64,000 bases of DNA from Ignavibacteriales bacterium. Its GTDB lineage: Bacteria; Bacillota_I; Bacilli_A; RF39; UBA660. Location of the stretch: NCBI GenBank assembly GCA_050259235.1, contig JBLNAG010000001.1:160010-224009 (forward strand), read 5' to 3'. Positions 28,906 through 38,242 of the stretch are shown here, one piece after another; position 1 is the stretch's first letter, and each line of letters starts with the position of its first letter. The notes beneath the pieces were generated by a model. That model made no database searches and was not told the origin of the DNA. It was given only the letters and a program-made list of their open reading frames with translations. The position numbers were made by a program, and so were the translations under genes.

Positions 28906-29685
28906 CTACTCTTCTATTTCTACTGCACTATCTATAATATGTTGAGGTATTGTAATTGTTCCGACATTATTGAAATCATAAAAATCCAATTGCATTTTAA
29001 ATTTATTTACTTTTACTTCAATATTTGTTTCAGGATCGGTATAGGTAATAGCATTTGATAAATCCATTACTAAAGAAGTAATATAATTATCTTCATTTAT
29101 ATAAATATCAATCGCTAAATCACCCGTTATTTTATAATTATCATCAACCACTTCACTATCTAACAATTCATTAAAAGCTAACAATATTTCTTTTGTACTT
29201 TCCTTATCTAAAGTAATTACATAGTGAGTAATTCCATTTTCCGTTTCTTTTTCTTCAAGTTTTACATTGTCTGTAACTGTATCAATGATTTCAGACACTG
29301 CATCATTTTGATCATCTAATTCTTCCACAGGTTCACTTTCTTTTAACCAATCACCTGCACCATTAACTTTCGTATAATAAGTTTCTATATCATCATTCAT
29401 ACTAATATACATATCAAGAAATGCAGTAATGTCTAACATATTCATTTTAGTATACATATAGGCAGTTCCATTTTTATTATCAAATTCTCCATTACTATCA
29501 ACTTTGGTAACAAATGTTTCCCCTTCAACATCCATCTCAATATCCATCTTTATATTGGTACGACAACTATCTACTTCATCCGTCTTTTCACTAGCTTTCA
29601 TAATTCTTTCGCCTGCTGATAAACTACATCCAGATACAAGTAATATTACACCTAACAACAAACTTCCAATTTTAAAGCTTTTCAT
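28906..29685 (-). CDS. Lipoprotein (DUF6612/LolA-like fold, tentative)
   Basis: Lipobox LVSGC; acidic beta-rich body ending FNNVGTITIP. Confidence 0.7.
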   Translation of the reverse strand: MKSFKIGSLLLGVILLVSGCSLSAGERIMKASEKTDEVDSCRTNIKMDIEMDVEGETFVTKVDSNGEFDNKNGTAYMYTKMNMLDITAFLDMYISMNDDIETYYTKVNGAGDWLKESEPVEELDDQNDAVSEIIDTVTDNVKLEEKETENGITHYVITLDKESTKEILLAFNELLDSEVVDDNYKITGDLAIDIYINEDNYITSLVMDLSNAITYTDPETNIEVKVNKFKMQLDFYDFNNVGTITIPQHIIDSAVEIEE

Positions 29686-29847
29686 TCCCTTACCTCTTTC
29701 TAAAACAATTATACTTCAAATAAATATTAATGACAATATAATTGTCAATTTTTGCCAATTATATAAATCTTCTTACTAATAAATTTCATAGCATATAAAT
29801 ATATATGATATAATTAAAACATAGAATACCATTTTGGAGGATGTACT

Positions 29848-30729
29848 ATGAAAAGAATTATCTATTTATCATTAGCTATAATTATTTTTATTGCTTCATC
29901 AGTTGTAATATTTATTGTTCTTAATAAAGATACCACTATTACTCCACCACCTATTGTTGAATATAAGAAACCTACCGTTCCGTATGGTTGGGAATATCTA
30001 AATGATTGGCAAAAAAAATTATATGAAGTAATTGAAGGTGGAACATTACAAGTTGGTGATACTTACAATCTTAATGGCGAAAGGAAACTAGAAGATGCAA
30101 AATTAGTTGTTGATTTATACTATCAAAATAATCCAGTTAGAGATCCTAGAACTTATAATGTAATAGAGAATGAGAAACTAGTATCACATCCTAATGATAG
30201 TTCTCTCACCTACTACGTTGGTTTAGGTACAACTAATAAAATAAACGTATCACAATGGGGTCATTCAAATTTTGATGAAGAATTAAGAAAAATTAGTGAA
30301 ATAGACAAAAAAACTAATGAAATATTATCGCTCATACCTAACAATTCAACTGACTTTGAAAAAATTAAAATAATTTATGATTATTTTATAACAAACATTA
30401 AATATGATTACGATAGTTATTATTATCTTGAAGAAGGAACTGCTACCAATGATTTTACCGAGTCATCAACTGCATATGGTGCTTTAATTAATGGTAAAGC
30501 AATCTGTGAAGGAATTGCTAGAGCATTTTATTATGTTGCTAACAAAGCAGGTATATATACCTTACTTGTAAAATCTGTTTCAAGAAATCACGCTTGGAAC
30601 ATTGTTTGGTTAAAAGGAAAATATTATAGACTTGATGCTACTTGGCAAGCTTTTTTAACGTATGATGACTACGAGGGAAATTTTGTAAACGGTGTATCAC
30701 TACCAGATACTAAACACAATTATGAATAG
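29848..30729 (+). CDS. Membrane-anchored transglutaminase-like cysteine protease
   Basis: N-terminal TM; triad AICEGIA / HAWN / LDATW. Confidence 0.85.
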   Translation: MKRIIYLSLAIIIFIASSVVIFIVLNKDTTITPPPIVEYKKPTVPYGWEYLNDWQKKLYEVIEGGTLQVGDTYNLNGERKLEDAKLVVDLYYQNNPVRDPRTYNVIENEKLVSHPNDSSLTYYVGLGTTNKINVSQWGHSNFDEELRKISEIDKKTNEILSLIPNNSTDFEKIKIIYDYFITNIKYDYDSYYYLEEGTATNDFTESSTAYGALINGKAICEGIARAFYYVANKAGIYTLLVKSVSRNHAWNIVWLKGKYYRLDATWQAFLTYDDYEGNFVNGVSLPDTKHNYE

Positions 30730-30762
30730 AAAAAAGGAATGAATTTCATTCCTTTATTTTTT
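30730..30762. terminator. Bidirectional terminator
   Basis: AAAGGAATGAA-T-TTCATTCCTTT between convergent genes. Confidence 0.7.
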
Positions 30763-31395
30763 TGTATATATTATTTTTTCTAAAATCAGGTTATTATCAG
30801 AATATTTTAAATAAATATCTGTTGTTCCTAATAATTTAAACTGGTCTTTTCCTTCTATTGGTGGACCCATATATAAACATTCTTCGTAATTATAATGAAC
30901 TATTACTTGATTATTTTTTATCTCCATTGATTTATAATGATTAACTGGTCCTGGTACTCCCAAAGAAACAAGTGTAGAAGTAAAGATATCTCCATTTTTG
31001 GATATAGTTGCCTCATCTTTTATTGATGAAGTGTATTTACCTTCTTTAAGTTGAAAATTTTTCTTTCCAAAAAAATTTTCTACAAATTTTTGTATTTCAT
31101 TATTTGAAGCACTAGCACCTCTATTTAACTTCTCATACATTACAATAAAAGTTATATCTTCATCACTAAATTGATTATAAGTTTTTGCTGTCAATAAAAC
31201 TGCTGTCCATTTCAAATAGACTTTTATATCTTCTTCTTGTAATTCCTCTAAACTATTTAATGTTTTACCAAATAAAGTTATTTTATAATTATTGGTATTT
31301 TGTTTTCTGTTAAAGTATTCTATAGTAATGATTATTCCAATTATTATTAATAAAATAGAAATAATTGTGATAAATATTAAATTCTTTTTATTCAT
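30754..31395 (-). CDS. Membrane-anchored hypothetical protein, tandem paralog B
   Basis: N-terminal TM; clear paralog of 31411..32046. Confidence 0.8.
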   Translation of the reverse strand: MNKKNLIFITIISILLIIIGIIITIEYFNRKQNTNNYKITLFGKTLNSLEELQEEDIKVYLKWTAVLLTAKTYNQFSDEDITFIVMYEKLNRGASASNNEIQKFVENFFGKKNFQLKEGKYTSSIKDEATISKNGDIFTSTLVSLGVPGPVNHYKSMEIKNNQVIVHYNYEECLYMGPPIEGKDQFKLLGTTDIYLKYSDNNLILEKIIYTKK

Positions 31396-31410
31396 TATAA
31401 TTACATCCTC

Positions 31411-32046
31411 TCACTCTTTTGTATATATTATTTTTTCCAAAATTAGATTATTATTAGAATATTTTAAATAAATATCTGTTGTCCCATATAATTCAAATTG
31501 TTCTTCTCCTTCAATTGGAGGCCCTAAATAAAGAACTTTTTTATAATCATAATGAACAATAACTTGATTACCTTCAACTTCCATTGATTTGTAGTAATTA
31601 TTTGTTCCTTCTATTCCTCTTCCAGGAATACTAGTAGTAAAGTTATCTCCATTTTTAACTATTGTTATTTCATCACCTATTGATGAATTATATTTTCCTT
31701 CTTTAAGTTGAAAGTTTTTCTTTCCAAAAGTTTTTTCTACAAATTTTTGTACTTCAGTGTTAGAAACATTTTTATAATTTAATAGTTCATAAGCTATATA
31801 AATAGTTATATCATTATCGCTAAATTGTTCATAGGTTTTCTCACGAAATAATAATCTTACCATATTCAAATAATCTTGTATATCAGATTCTTTGATTTCT
31901 TCTAAACTATTTATTGTTTTGCCAAATAGTTCTATTTTATTATCTTCACGTTTTTTATCATATACATCTTTGATGATTAAATAAACTGACAAAGTAATAA
32001 ATATTAATAATAGAATTGTAACAATAATTTTAAAACTGTTTTTCAT
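31411..32046 (-). CDS. Membrane-anchored hypothetical protein, tandem paralog A
   Basis: Start MKNSF after AAAGGAG; shares FGKKNFQLKEGKY and GTTDIYLKYS.NNLILEKIIYTK with neighbour. Confidence 0.8.
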   Translation of the reverse strand: MKNSFKIIVTILLLIFITLSVYLIIKDVYDKKREDNKIELFGKTINSLEEIKESDIQDYLNMVRLLFREKTYEQFSDNDITIYIAYELLNYKNVSNTEVQKFVEKTFGKKNFQLKEGKYNSSIGDEITIVKNGDNFTTSIPGRGIEGTNNYYKSMEVEGNQVIVHYDYKKVLYLGPPIEGEEQFELYGTTDIYLKYSNNNLILEKIIYTKE

Positions 32047-32162
32047 TTTTTCTCCTTTCGACATTTCTCTACAATTAAATTTTACTACTTAAAGTTTATG
32101 TTTACAACAAATAATTAGTAATTTACCAATTTTGAAAATCTGCAATAAAAAAGTAGTTTTAA

Positions 32163-33143
32163 CTACTTTTTCTTATAATATTGTTTTCCATCTTCTAGTT
32201 TGCTACCTCCAAATAATTCATCAATAGTAACAAACTCATAACCTTTTTCTTTTAAAAGTGGTAAAACCATTTTAACTGCATCAATAGTTGGTTTATATAC
32301 ATCATGCATTATGATAATAGATCCATCTTCAATATTTTCAATAATAATTTGTACTTCTGACTTACTATTTCTACTTTCCCAATCTCTAGTATCAATACTC
32401 CACATAATTAATGGATAATCAACACTTTCCTTAACTTGTTTATTAACATTTCCATATGGAGGTCTTACAAGGGTTTGAGTTATATTATATTTAGCTAATA
32501 AAGATTTTGTTGCTTCTAATTCTTTAATTAATTTTTCATTTGTCATTTTAGTAAAATCACTATGACTAACTCCATGACTTCCAATTTGATGGCCACCATC
32601 TTTAATATCTTCAATTGTACTAGCATATTGATCAATTTTAGAACCTAAGATAAAGAAAGTAGCTTCAGCATTATTTTCTTTTAAAATTGCTAATAGTTCT
32701 TCTGTATATTTACTTGGACCATCATCAAAAGTAAACGCAACTTTCTTTGTTGTTTCTACAACTGCTTCATTCTTTGTTGGATCAGGTTTAGTATCATTTT
32801 TTGGTTCTACTTTACTCTCTTCTGGTTTAGTAACTACTGGCGTTGGTGAAGGTTCTGCTTCACTATTAATTGGAGTTTCCACTTCGGTATTTGTAATTGG
32901 TGTAGGCATAATATCTTCTTTTGCATCAATATTATTACTTTCAGTCGGAAATATATCATCATTATCATCTTTTAAATCAGGTGTTACTGTACCACTATTA
33001 TCTTCAGTAAAATACTTATGATAAAAGTATTCCATCTTAGTAGCTAAACCTTTTTTATCTTTACTTATAAATGGTAATAACATCAAAACTGCTAAAATTA
33101 AAGCTATTAAACGACGACGATAAGCATTTCTTTGTTTTTTCAT
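32163..33143 (-). CDS. Polysaccharide/peptidoglycan deacetylase (NodB domain) with Pro/Thr/Glu linker
   Basis: TFDDGP, HGVSH, RPPYG, DTRDW, IMHD. Confidence 0.92.
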   Translation of the reverse strand: MKKQRNAYRRRLIALILAVLMLLPFISKDKKGLATKMEYFYHKYFTEDNSGTVTPDLKDDNDDIFPTESNNIDAKEDIMPTPITNTEVETPINSEAEPSPTPVVTKPEESKVEPKNDTKPDPTKNEAVVETTKKVAFTFDDGPSKYTEELLAILKENNAEATFFILGSKIDQYASTIEDIKDGGHQIGSHGVSHSDFTKMTNEKLIKELEATKSLLAKYNITQTLVRPPYGNVNKQVKESVDYPLIMWSIDTRDWESRNSKSEVQIIIENIEDGSIIIMHDVYKPTIDAVKMVLPLLKEKGYEFVTIDELFGGSKLEDGKQYYKKK

Positions 33144-33208
33144 ACTTCACCTCTAAATTAGAAATATTATAGCACATTATAATTATATTACAATTAAAAA
33201 AATATGTG

Positions 33209-34624
33209 TTATTCACATATTTCTCCATCCATACTCCAAGTTTTAACACTCTTAATTTGAACATTAATAATTTTACCTATATTATCTGGTGATGAAGTTA
33301 CATTAACTAATTTCATAGTATCACTATATCCCATTAATGTATCTTTATCTTTAGTACTATATCCTTCAATTAATACTGGTACTACTTTATCAATATATTT
33401 CTTATTGTTTTCTAAAGCATATTTATTTACTAATGCATTTAATTCATATAATCTTCTATTCTTTTCTTCTAATGGTACATTATCTTCCATTTTAGCAGCT
33501 GGTGTACCTACTCTTGGTGAAAAGAGAAAAGTAAATGCTGAATCAAATTTACAAGCATTAACCATATCAATTGTTTCATTAAATTCTTCTAATGTTTCAG
33601 TTGGATATCCTACAATAATATCGGTTGTTATTGAACAATTTGGAATTTCATGTTTTAATTTATTAAATAATTCTAAATAGTGTTCTCTAGTATATCTTCT
33701 ACCCATAAGTTTTAAAATACGATTTGATCCACTTTGAATTGGTAGATGAATATAAGGCATAATATTATCATTATTTTTAATTACTTCAATCATTTCATCA
33801 GTAAAGTCCCAAGGATGACTAGTAACAAATCTAATTCTATTAACATTTGTTTTAGCTACATCTGAAAGTAAATTAGCCATACTATAATTAGTATTTAAAT
33901 CTTTCCCATAAGCATTAACATTTTGTCCTAATAAAGTTACTTCTAAATAACCTTGATTAACTAATTCTTTTACTTCATTAATAATATCTTCTGGATTTCT
34001 ACTTCTTTGTTTTCCTCTTGTATAAGGCACTATACAATAAGTACAGAACTTATCACACCCATACATGATATTAACCCATGCTTTATATTTACTATCTCTT
34101 TTAGATGGTACACATTCAATAATATCTCCTTCAATACTAAATACTTCTATTTCGGTATTATTATTTTGAATAGCATTATTTAAGATATTAGGTAAATTAT
34201 GAATATTATGAGTACCAAAAACCATATCTAACCATTTATATTTATTCATTATTTCATTAACAACATGTTCTTCTTGAGCCATGCATCCACAAATACCAAC
34301 CATAATATTAGGTCTTGTTTCTTTTAGATGTTTAATACGGCCAATCATTCCAAATACTTTATTATGAGCATTTTCTCTAATAGCACATGTATTTAATAAA
34401 ATTAAATCTGCTTCTTCCATAACTTCTATTTCTTTATATGAAAGATCTTCTAATATTGCTTTAATATTTTCAGTATCATGTTCATTCATTTGACAACCAT
34501 AGGTTTTTATATGATATGTTTTACCTAAACCTATATTTTTTAAGTTATCATCTATTTCATATTTTTTTATTTCAACATCGATTTTAGTACGACGTCTTGC
34601 TTCATTTAAACTTGGTATATTCAT
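33209..34624 (-). CDS. miaB: tRNA-i6A37 methylthiotransferase
   Basis: TYGCQMN, GCDKFCTYC radical SAM, TSHPWD, TRAM domain. Confidence 0.96.
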   Translation of the reverse strand: MNIPSLNEARRRTKIDVEIKKYEIDDNLKNIGLGKTYHIKTYGCQMNEHDTENIKAILEDLSYKEIEVMEEADLILLNTCAIRENAHNKVFGMIGRIKHLKETRPNIMVGICGCMAQEEHVVNEIMNKYKWLDMVFGTHNIHNLPNILNNAIQNNNTEIEVFSIEGDIIECVPSKRDSKYKAWVNIMYGCDKFCTYCIVPYTRGKQRSRNPEDIINEVKELVNQGYLEVTLLGQNVNAYGKDLNTNYSMANLLSDVAKTNVNRIRFVTSHPWDFTDEMIEVIKNNDNIMPYIHLPIQSGSNRILKLMGRRYTREHYLELFNKLKHEIPNCSITTDIIVGYPTETLEEFNETIDMVNACKFDSAFTFLFSPRVGTPAAKMEDNVPLEEKNRRLYELNALVNKYALENNKKYIDKVVPVLIEGYSTKDKDTLMGYSDTMKLVNVTSSPDNIGKIINVQIKSVKTWSMDGEICE

Positions 34625-34698
34625 TTTATCACTTCTTTTCCTCATTAATAATAGCATATTTATACCATCCAAGCAAGAAAAAAACTCTTATGTAAGAG

Positions 34699-35337
34699 TT
34701 AAATTGGTTGTATAACAATTACTGTTCTAACGACCATGGCTGTTATTCCATTATCCGTTACTTTATATGTAATAAGGTAATTACCACTAGTTGATGGATC
34801 AATTGAAGAACCAGATCCAGATATTGAAACTGAAATACCAGTAATCGGATCTCCCGAAGCTGTTTTGGCTTCTACCCCTTTATCAATATAGGTAGTACCA
34901 TCTGTAACATATACTAAGACATCACCTTTTAAAGCAATAGTTGGAGCTTCTGGATTATTAAATACCCCCCTAGAAGTTCCGCTTGTTAAATCAACAGTAT
35001 ATTCAAAAATTTTACCTACTTTTTTAATATGTAGTAACATATCATCTGGAAATAATTGTTCTGTTTTAGGATCAGTTATTTTAAAATCTATTTTACCTGC
35101 TGCCTTTAATTGGGCAAGAGTCATAGTAAGAGTATCATTATTATTTTTAGGCATTTGTAAAAGATTATCTGTTCGGTAATCTCTTAAAGCTGCTTTAATA
35201 TTTTCTATTTGAATATCATATAAATCTTGTTGACCCTTTTTTATACTTTTTTCAATAGACGGTAAAGCTATAAGAGCTATTAAAGCTAATATTGAGATAA
35301 CACCTAATAATTCAATAAGGGTAAATCCTTTTTTCAT
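34699..35337 (-). CDS. Type IV prepilin-like (ComGC-like) protein with C-terminal DUF5011 Ig-like domain
   Basis: KKG/FTLIELLGVI; PTIALKGD...Y.D.G...GNYLITYKVTD...RTVIV. Confidence 0.85.
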   Translation of the reverse strand: MKKGFTLIELLGVISILALIALIALPSIEKSIKKGQQDLYDIQIENIKAALRDYRTDNLLQMPKNNNDTLTMTLAQLKAAGKIDFKITDPKTEQLFPDDMLLHIKKVGKIFEYTVDLTSGTSRGVFNNPEAPTIALKGDVLVYVTDGTTYIDKGVEAKTASGDPITGISVSISGSGSSIDPSTSGNYLITYKVTDNGITAMVVRTVIVIQPI

Positions 35338-35401
35338 ATTCAACACCTACTATACTAATTATATAATGTTTTATTAATTTTTACAATAAAAAAGTAGTGC
35401 A

Positions 35402-37048
35402 TTATACTTCTTGCACTACTAATAGAATCATTGGTTTACATTCTGTTTCTTGATATAGGTACTTACCAACACGATCTCTTATGCCCGTTTTAATTTTATT
35501 AAAATCAACATAATTAGGTTTTAAGTTTTCATTTATTACTTCTAAGGATATCTTTTTAGCTTCATTTATTAAATCAATATTTTCTTTTACATATATAAAT
35601 CCTCTAGTAAGTATTTCTGGACCTGATAAAACCTTTTTACTTGTTTTAGATAAAGTTACTGTTACTACTACAATACCATTTTCACTTAATGCTTCACGAT
35701 CTTTGATAACTAATTCACCAATATCACCAACAGTATTTCCATCTATTAAAATGTCATCAACTTTAACTTGTTCATTAGTATCAGCTAAGACACCATCAAC
35801 AAATGTTACAACTTGACCATTTAATTTTAATAAGATATTTTCTTCAGCCATACCAATTTGTTTTGCTAAATTAGCATTAGCTACTTGATGACGATATTCT
35901 CCAATAACTGGAAAATAATACTTAGGTTGCATTAAATCAAGCATTAACATTAAGTCTTCACTTGATGCATGTAATGATAAATATTTACTAGTAGGTATAA
36001 TAATTAAATTAGCACCCATTTTAGCTATTGTATCAAACATTTCAGTGGCACTCTTTTCCATACCATCATATACTTGAGTCGCAAATACAACTGTATCTGT
36101 TTCTTGTATTTTGATAAATTTATCATACCCTTTAATTATTCTCTTAATATTTGAGAATGGTTTTTCTCTTTCATCAGATATAATGACAATAATATTTTCT
36201 TCATTAACATGATGAATACTACCTATTCTTTTCTTATCAAAATCAATATAACCATTATCAATAGCATTCATAATAGTATTTTGTAATCTTTTACCCATAA
36301 TAACAACATTACGATTAGTCTTTTCTATTTCATTAAACAATTCTTGAATACGATATATTTGTGCCTGAAAGATATTAAATAAAATTCTTCCTGGATTACG
36401 ATTTAAAGTTTCACTAATTATACCGCTAGTTCTATGTTGAGGTGAAGTATAGCCTTTTTTATCAGCATATATTGATTCACTCATTAAACATAAAACTCCT
36501 TGTTTACCTATATAAGCTAATTTACCAATATCCGTTTTATATGGTCCTACCATCGTAGGATCAAATACAAAGTTTCCAGTATAAACTATTGCCCCATCTT
36601 TAGTATTAAGTACGTAACCTACTGCATCTGGTACAGAGTGTGTTACACTAACTGGAAAAACACTATTTTCTCCAAAACTAATTTTCTTATGAGGTTCAAT
36701 TACTTGTAAGTTTTTATAATTTACATTATATTCAGTAAATTCATCTTTTAATATACTTAATGTAAATTCCGTTCCATATATTTTTATATCAGATAAACCT
36801 TCTAACATATCAATAATTGCTCCCATTTGTTGGTCATGACCATGGGTAATAAATATTCCTTTTATTCTTTTAGCATTTTCTTTTAAATAGTCATAGTTAG
36901 GAATAATATAATCAATTCCCAACATTTTATCATCCGCATATTTCAATCCCGCATCAAACACAAATATGTCATCATCAACTTCAATAACATACATATTTTT
37001 TCCTATATCATTTAGTCCACCAAGACCAAATATTTTTATTTTACTCAT
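35402..37048 (-). CDS. rnj: Ribonuclease J (J2-like, degenerate metal site)
   Basis: LGGLNDIGKNM, DAG, IDYIIP, GEYRH, GPEILTRGF; HGHDQQ instead of HxHxDH. Confidence 0.9.
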   Translation of the reverse strand: MSKIKIFGLGGLNDIGKNMYVIEVDDDIFVFDAGLKYADDKMLGIDYIIPNYDYLKENAKRIKGIFITHGHDQQMGAIIDMLEGLSDIKIYGTEFTLSILKDEFTEYNVNYKNLQVIEPHKKISFGENSVFPVSVTHSVPDAVGYVLNTKDGAIVYTGNFVFDPTMVGPYKTDIGKLAYIGKQGVLCLMSESIYADKKGYTSPQHRTSGIISETLNRNPGRILFNIFQAQIYRIQELFNEIEKTNRNVVIMGKRLQNTIMNAIDNGYIDFDKKRIGSIHHVNEENIIVIISDEREKPFSNIKRIIKGYDKFIKIQETDTVVFATQVYDGMEKSATEMFDTIAKMGANLIIIPTSKYLSLHASSEDLMLMLDLMQPKYYFPVIGEYRHQVANANLAKQIGMAEENILLKLNGQVVTFVDGVLADTNEQVKVDDILIDGNTVGDIGELVIKDREALSENGIVVVTVTLSKTSKKVLSGPEILTRGFIYVKENIDLINEAKKISLEVINENLKPNYVDFNKIKTGIRDRVGKYLYQETECKPMILLVVQEV

Positions 37049-37115
37049 TTTTCTCCTTTCATTGATTTAAAAAAGCCGAAATAATTATATCATAAATATA
37101 ATACTTTGACTAGTA

Positions 37116-38234
37116 TTAATTGATAGTTACAATCCCATTATCTTCATCTATCGTATTAATATTATATAAAATAAGCATATCTTTAATATTATTTTCCTTT
37201 ACATAATCAATAATACTTAATTTATAAAATCTTGGATCAATAATATGAATTTTTTTATAATGATTTACTAAAAAAGGAATCATACTATTGGCATAACTAT
37301 CTTTAATTACAACTAATTCTGCATTAGTATCAATTTCATTATTAGTTACTACTATTAATGGATGATTATTATCTAAAAATACAGAATATTTATCTTTAGT
37401 TTTCAAATAATCCATCGCATATAATGAATCTTTAGTAATATTTTTTGAAACATAATTTACACTATAAGTAAATTTATCATATAAGAATAGATTTATTTTA
37501 TCAGGTTTTCTACTATAATCATTACTTTTAGAATATAAAGTACCATTAAAATCATCCGTTACTTCTTTAATATTAAATTCATATATAGGTAATGGTTCTA
37601 GCATATTACTATAACAATACATTTGATATGCATAGTAAGCCGCATAAGTTGTCCAATGATGATCTAAATAATAAAACATTTGATATCTTTTATTATATTC
37701 TTTTAATATTTGATAAAGATCAATTGTATTGAAATCGATATTATCATAAATATATTTAATGGTATCTAATTGATTATTAGTCACTGCATTTTTAGGTAAC
37801 TTATCACTATTAATAGTAATACTTGTTGGGACAAGCATTAAATTCATATTAACATAATTTAATTCATGATATAGATTATTTAAAGATTTAATAATCATAT
37901 CACTATTTTGAGGCTTATTATACTTTTCGATTAAATAGTTATCTTTACCTAAATATACTCCATTTATTTCTTCTTTACCAATTAATTTTTCATAAAAAGT
38001 TTTAATACTCATAAAAGTATCACGTGCTACAAAATGATCTGATAAATAATTTTGGAGTTTAGATGTATAACTACCATCCTTTAAACTTTTAAGTGAGAAT
38101 TTAGGAAATATTTGTAAGTATCTATTTTCATTTTCTGAGAAAGTTTTCTTATTACTAAAAATAAATAATAATGAAAAAACAATAATAAATATACTTATTA
38201 CAGTCACAATTATTCTATTATATAATTCTTTCAT
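37116..38234 (-). CDS. DHHW family (AlgJ/PatB-like) O-acetyltransferase
   Basis: SENENRYL, YYLDHHWTT, KDSYAN. Confidence 0.9.
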   Translation of the reverse strand: MKELYNRIIVTVISIFIIVFSLLFIFSNKKTFSENENRYLQIFPKFSLKSLKDGSYTSKLQNYLSDHFVARDTFMSIKTFYEKLIGKEEINGVYLGKDNYLIEKYNKPQNSDMIIKSLNNLYHELNYVNMNLMLVPTSITINSDKLPKNAVTNNQLDTIKYIYDNIDFNTIDLYQILKEYNKRYQMFYYLDHHWTTYAAYYAYQMYCYSNMLEPLPIYEFNIKEVTDDFNGTLYSKSNDYSRKPDKINLFLYDKFTYSVNYVSKNITKDSLYAMDYLKTKDKYSVFLDNNHPLIVVTNNEIDTNAELVVIKDSYANSMIPFLVNHYKKIHIIDPRFYKLSIIDYVKENNIKDMLILYNINTIDEDNGIVTIN

Positions 38235-38242
38235 ATTACCAC

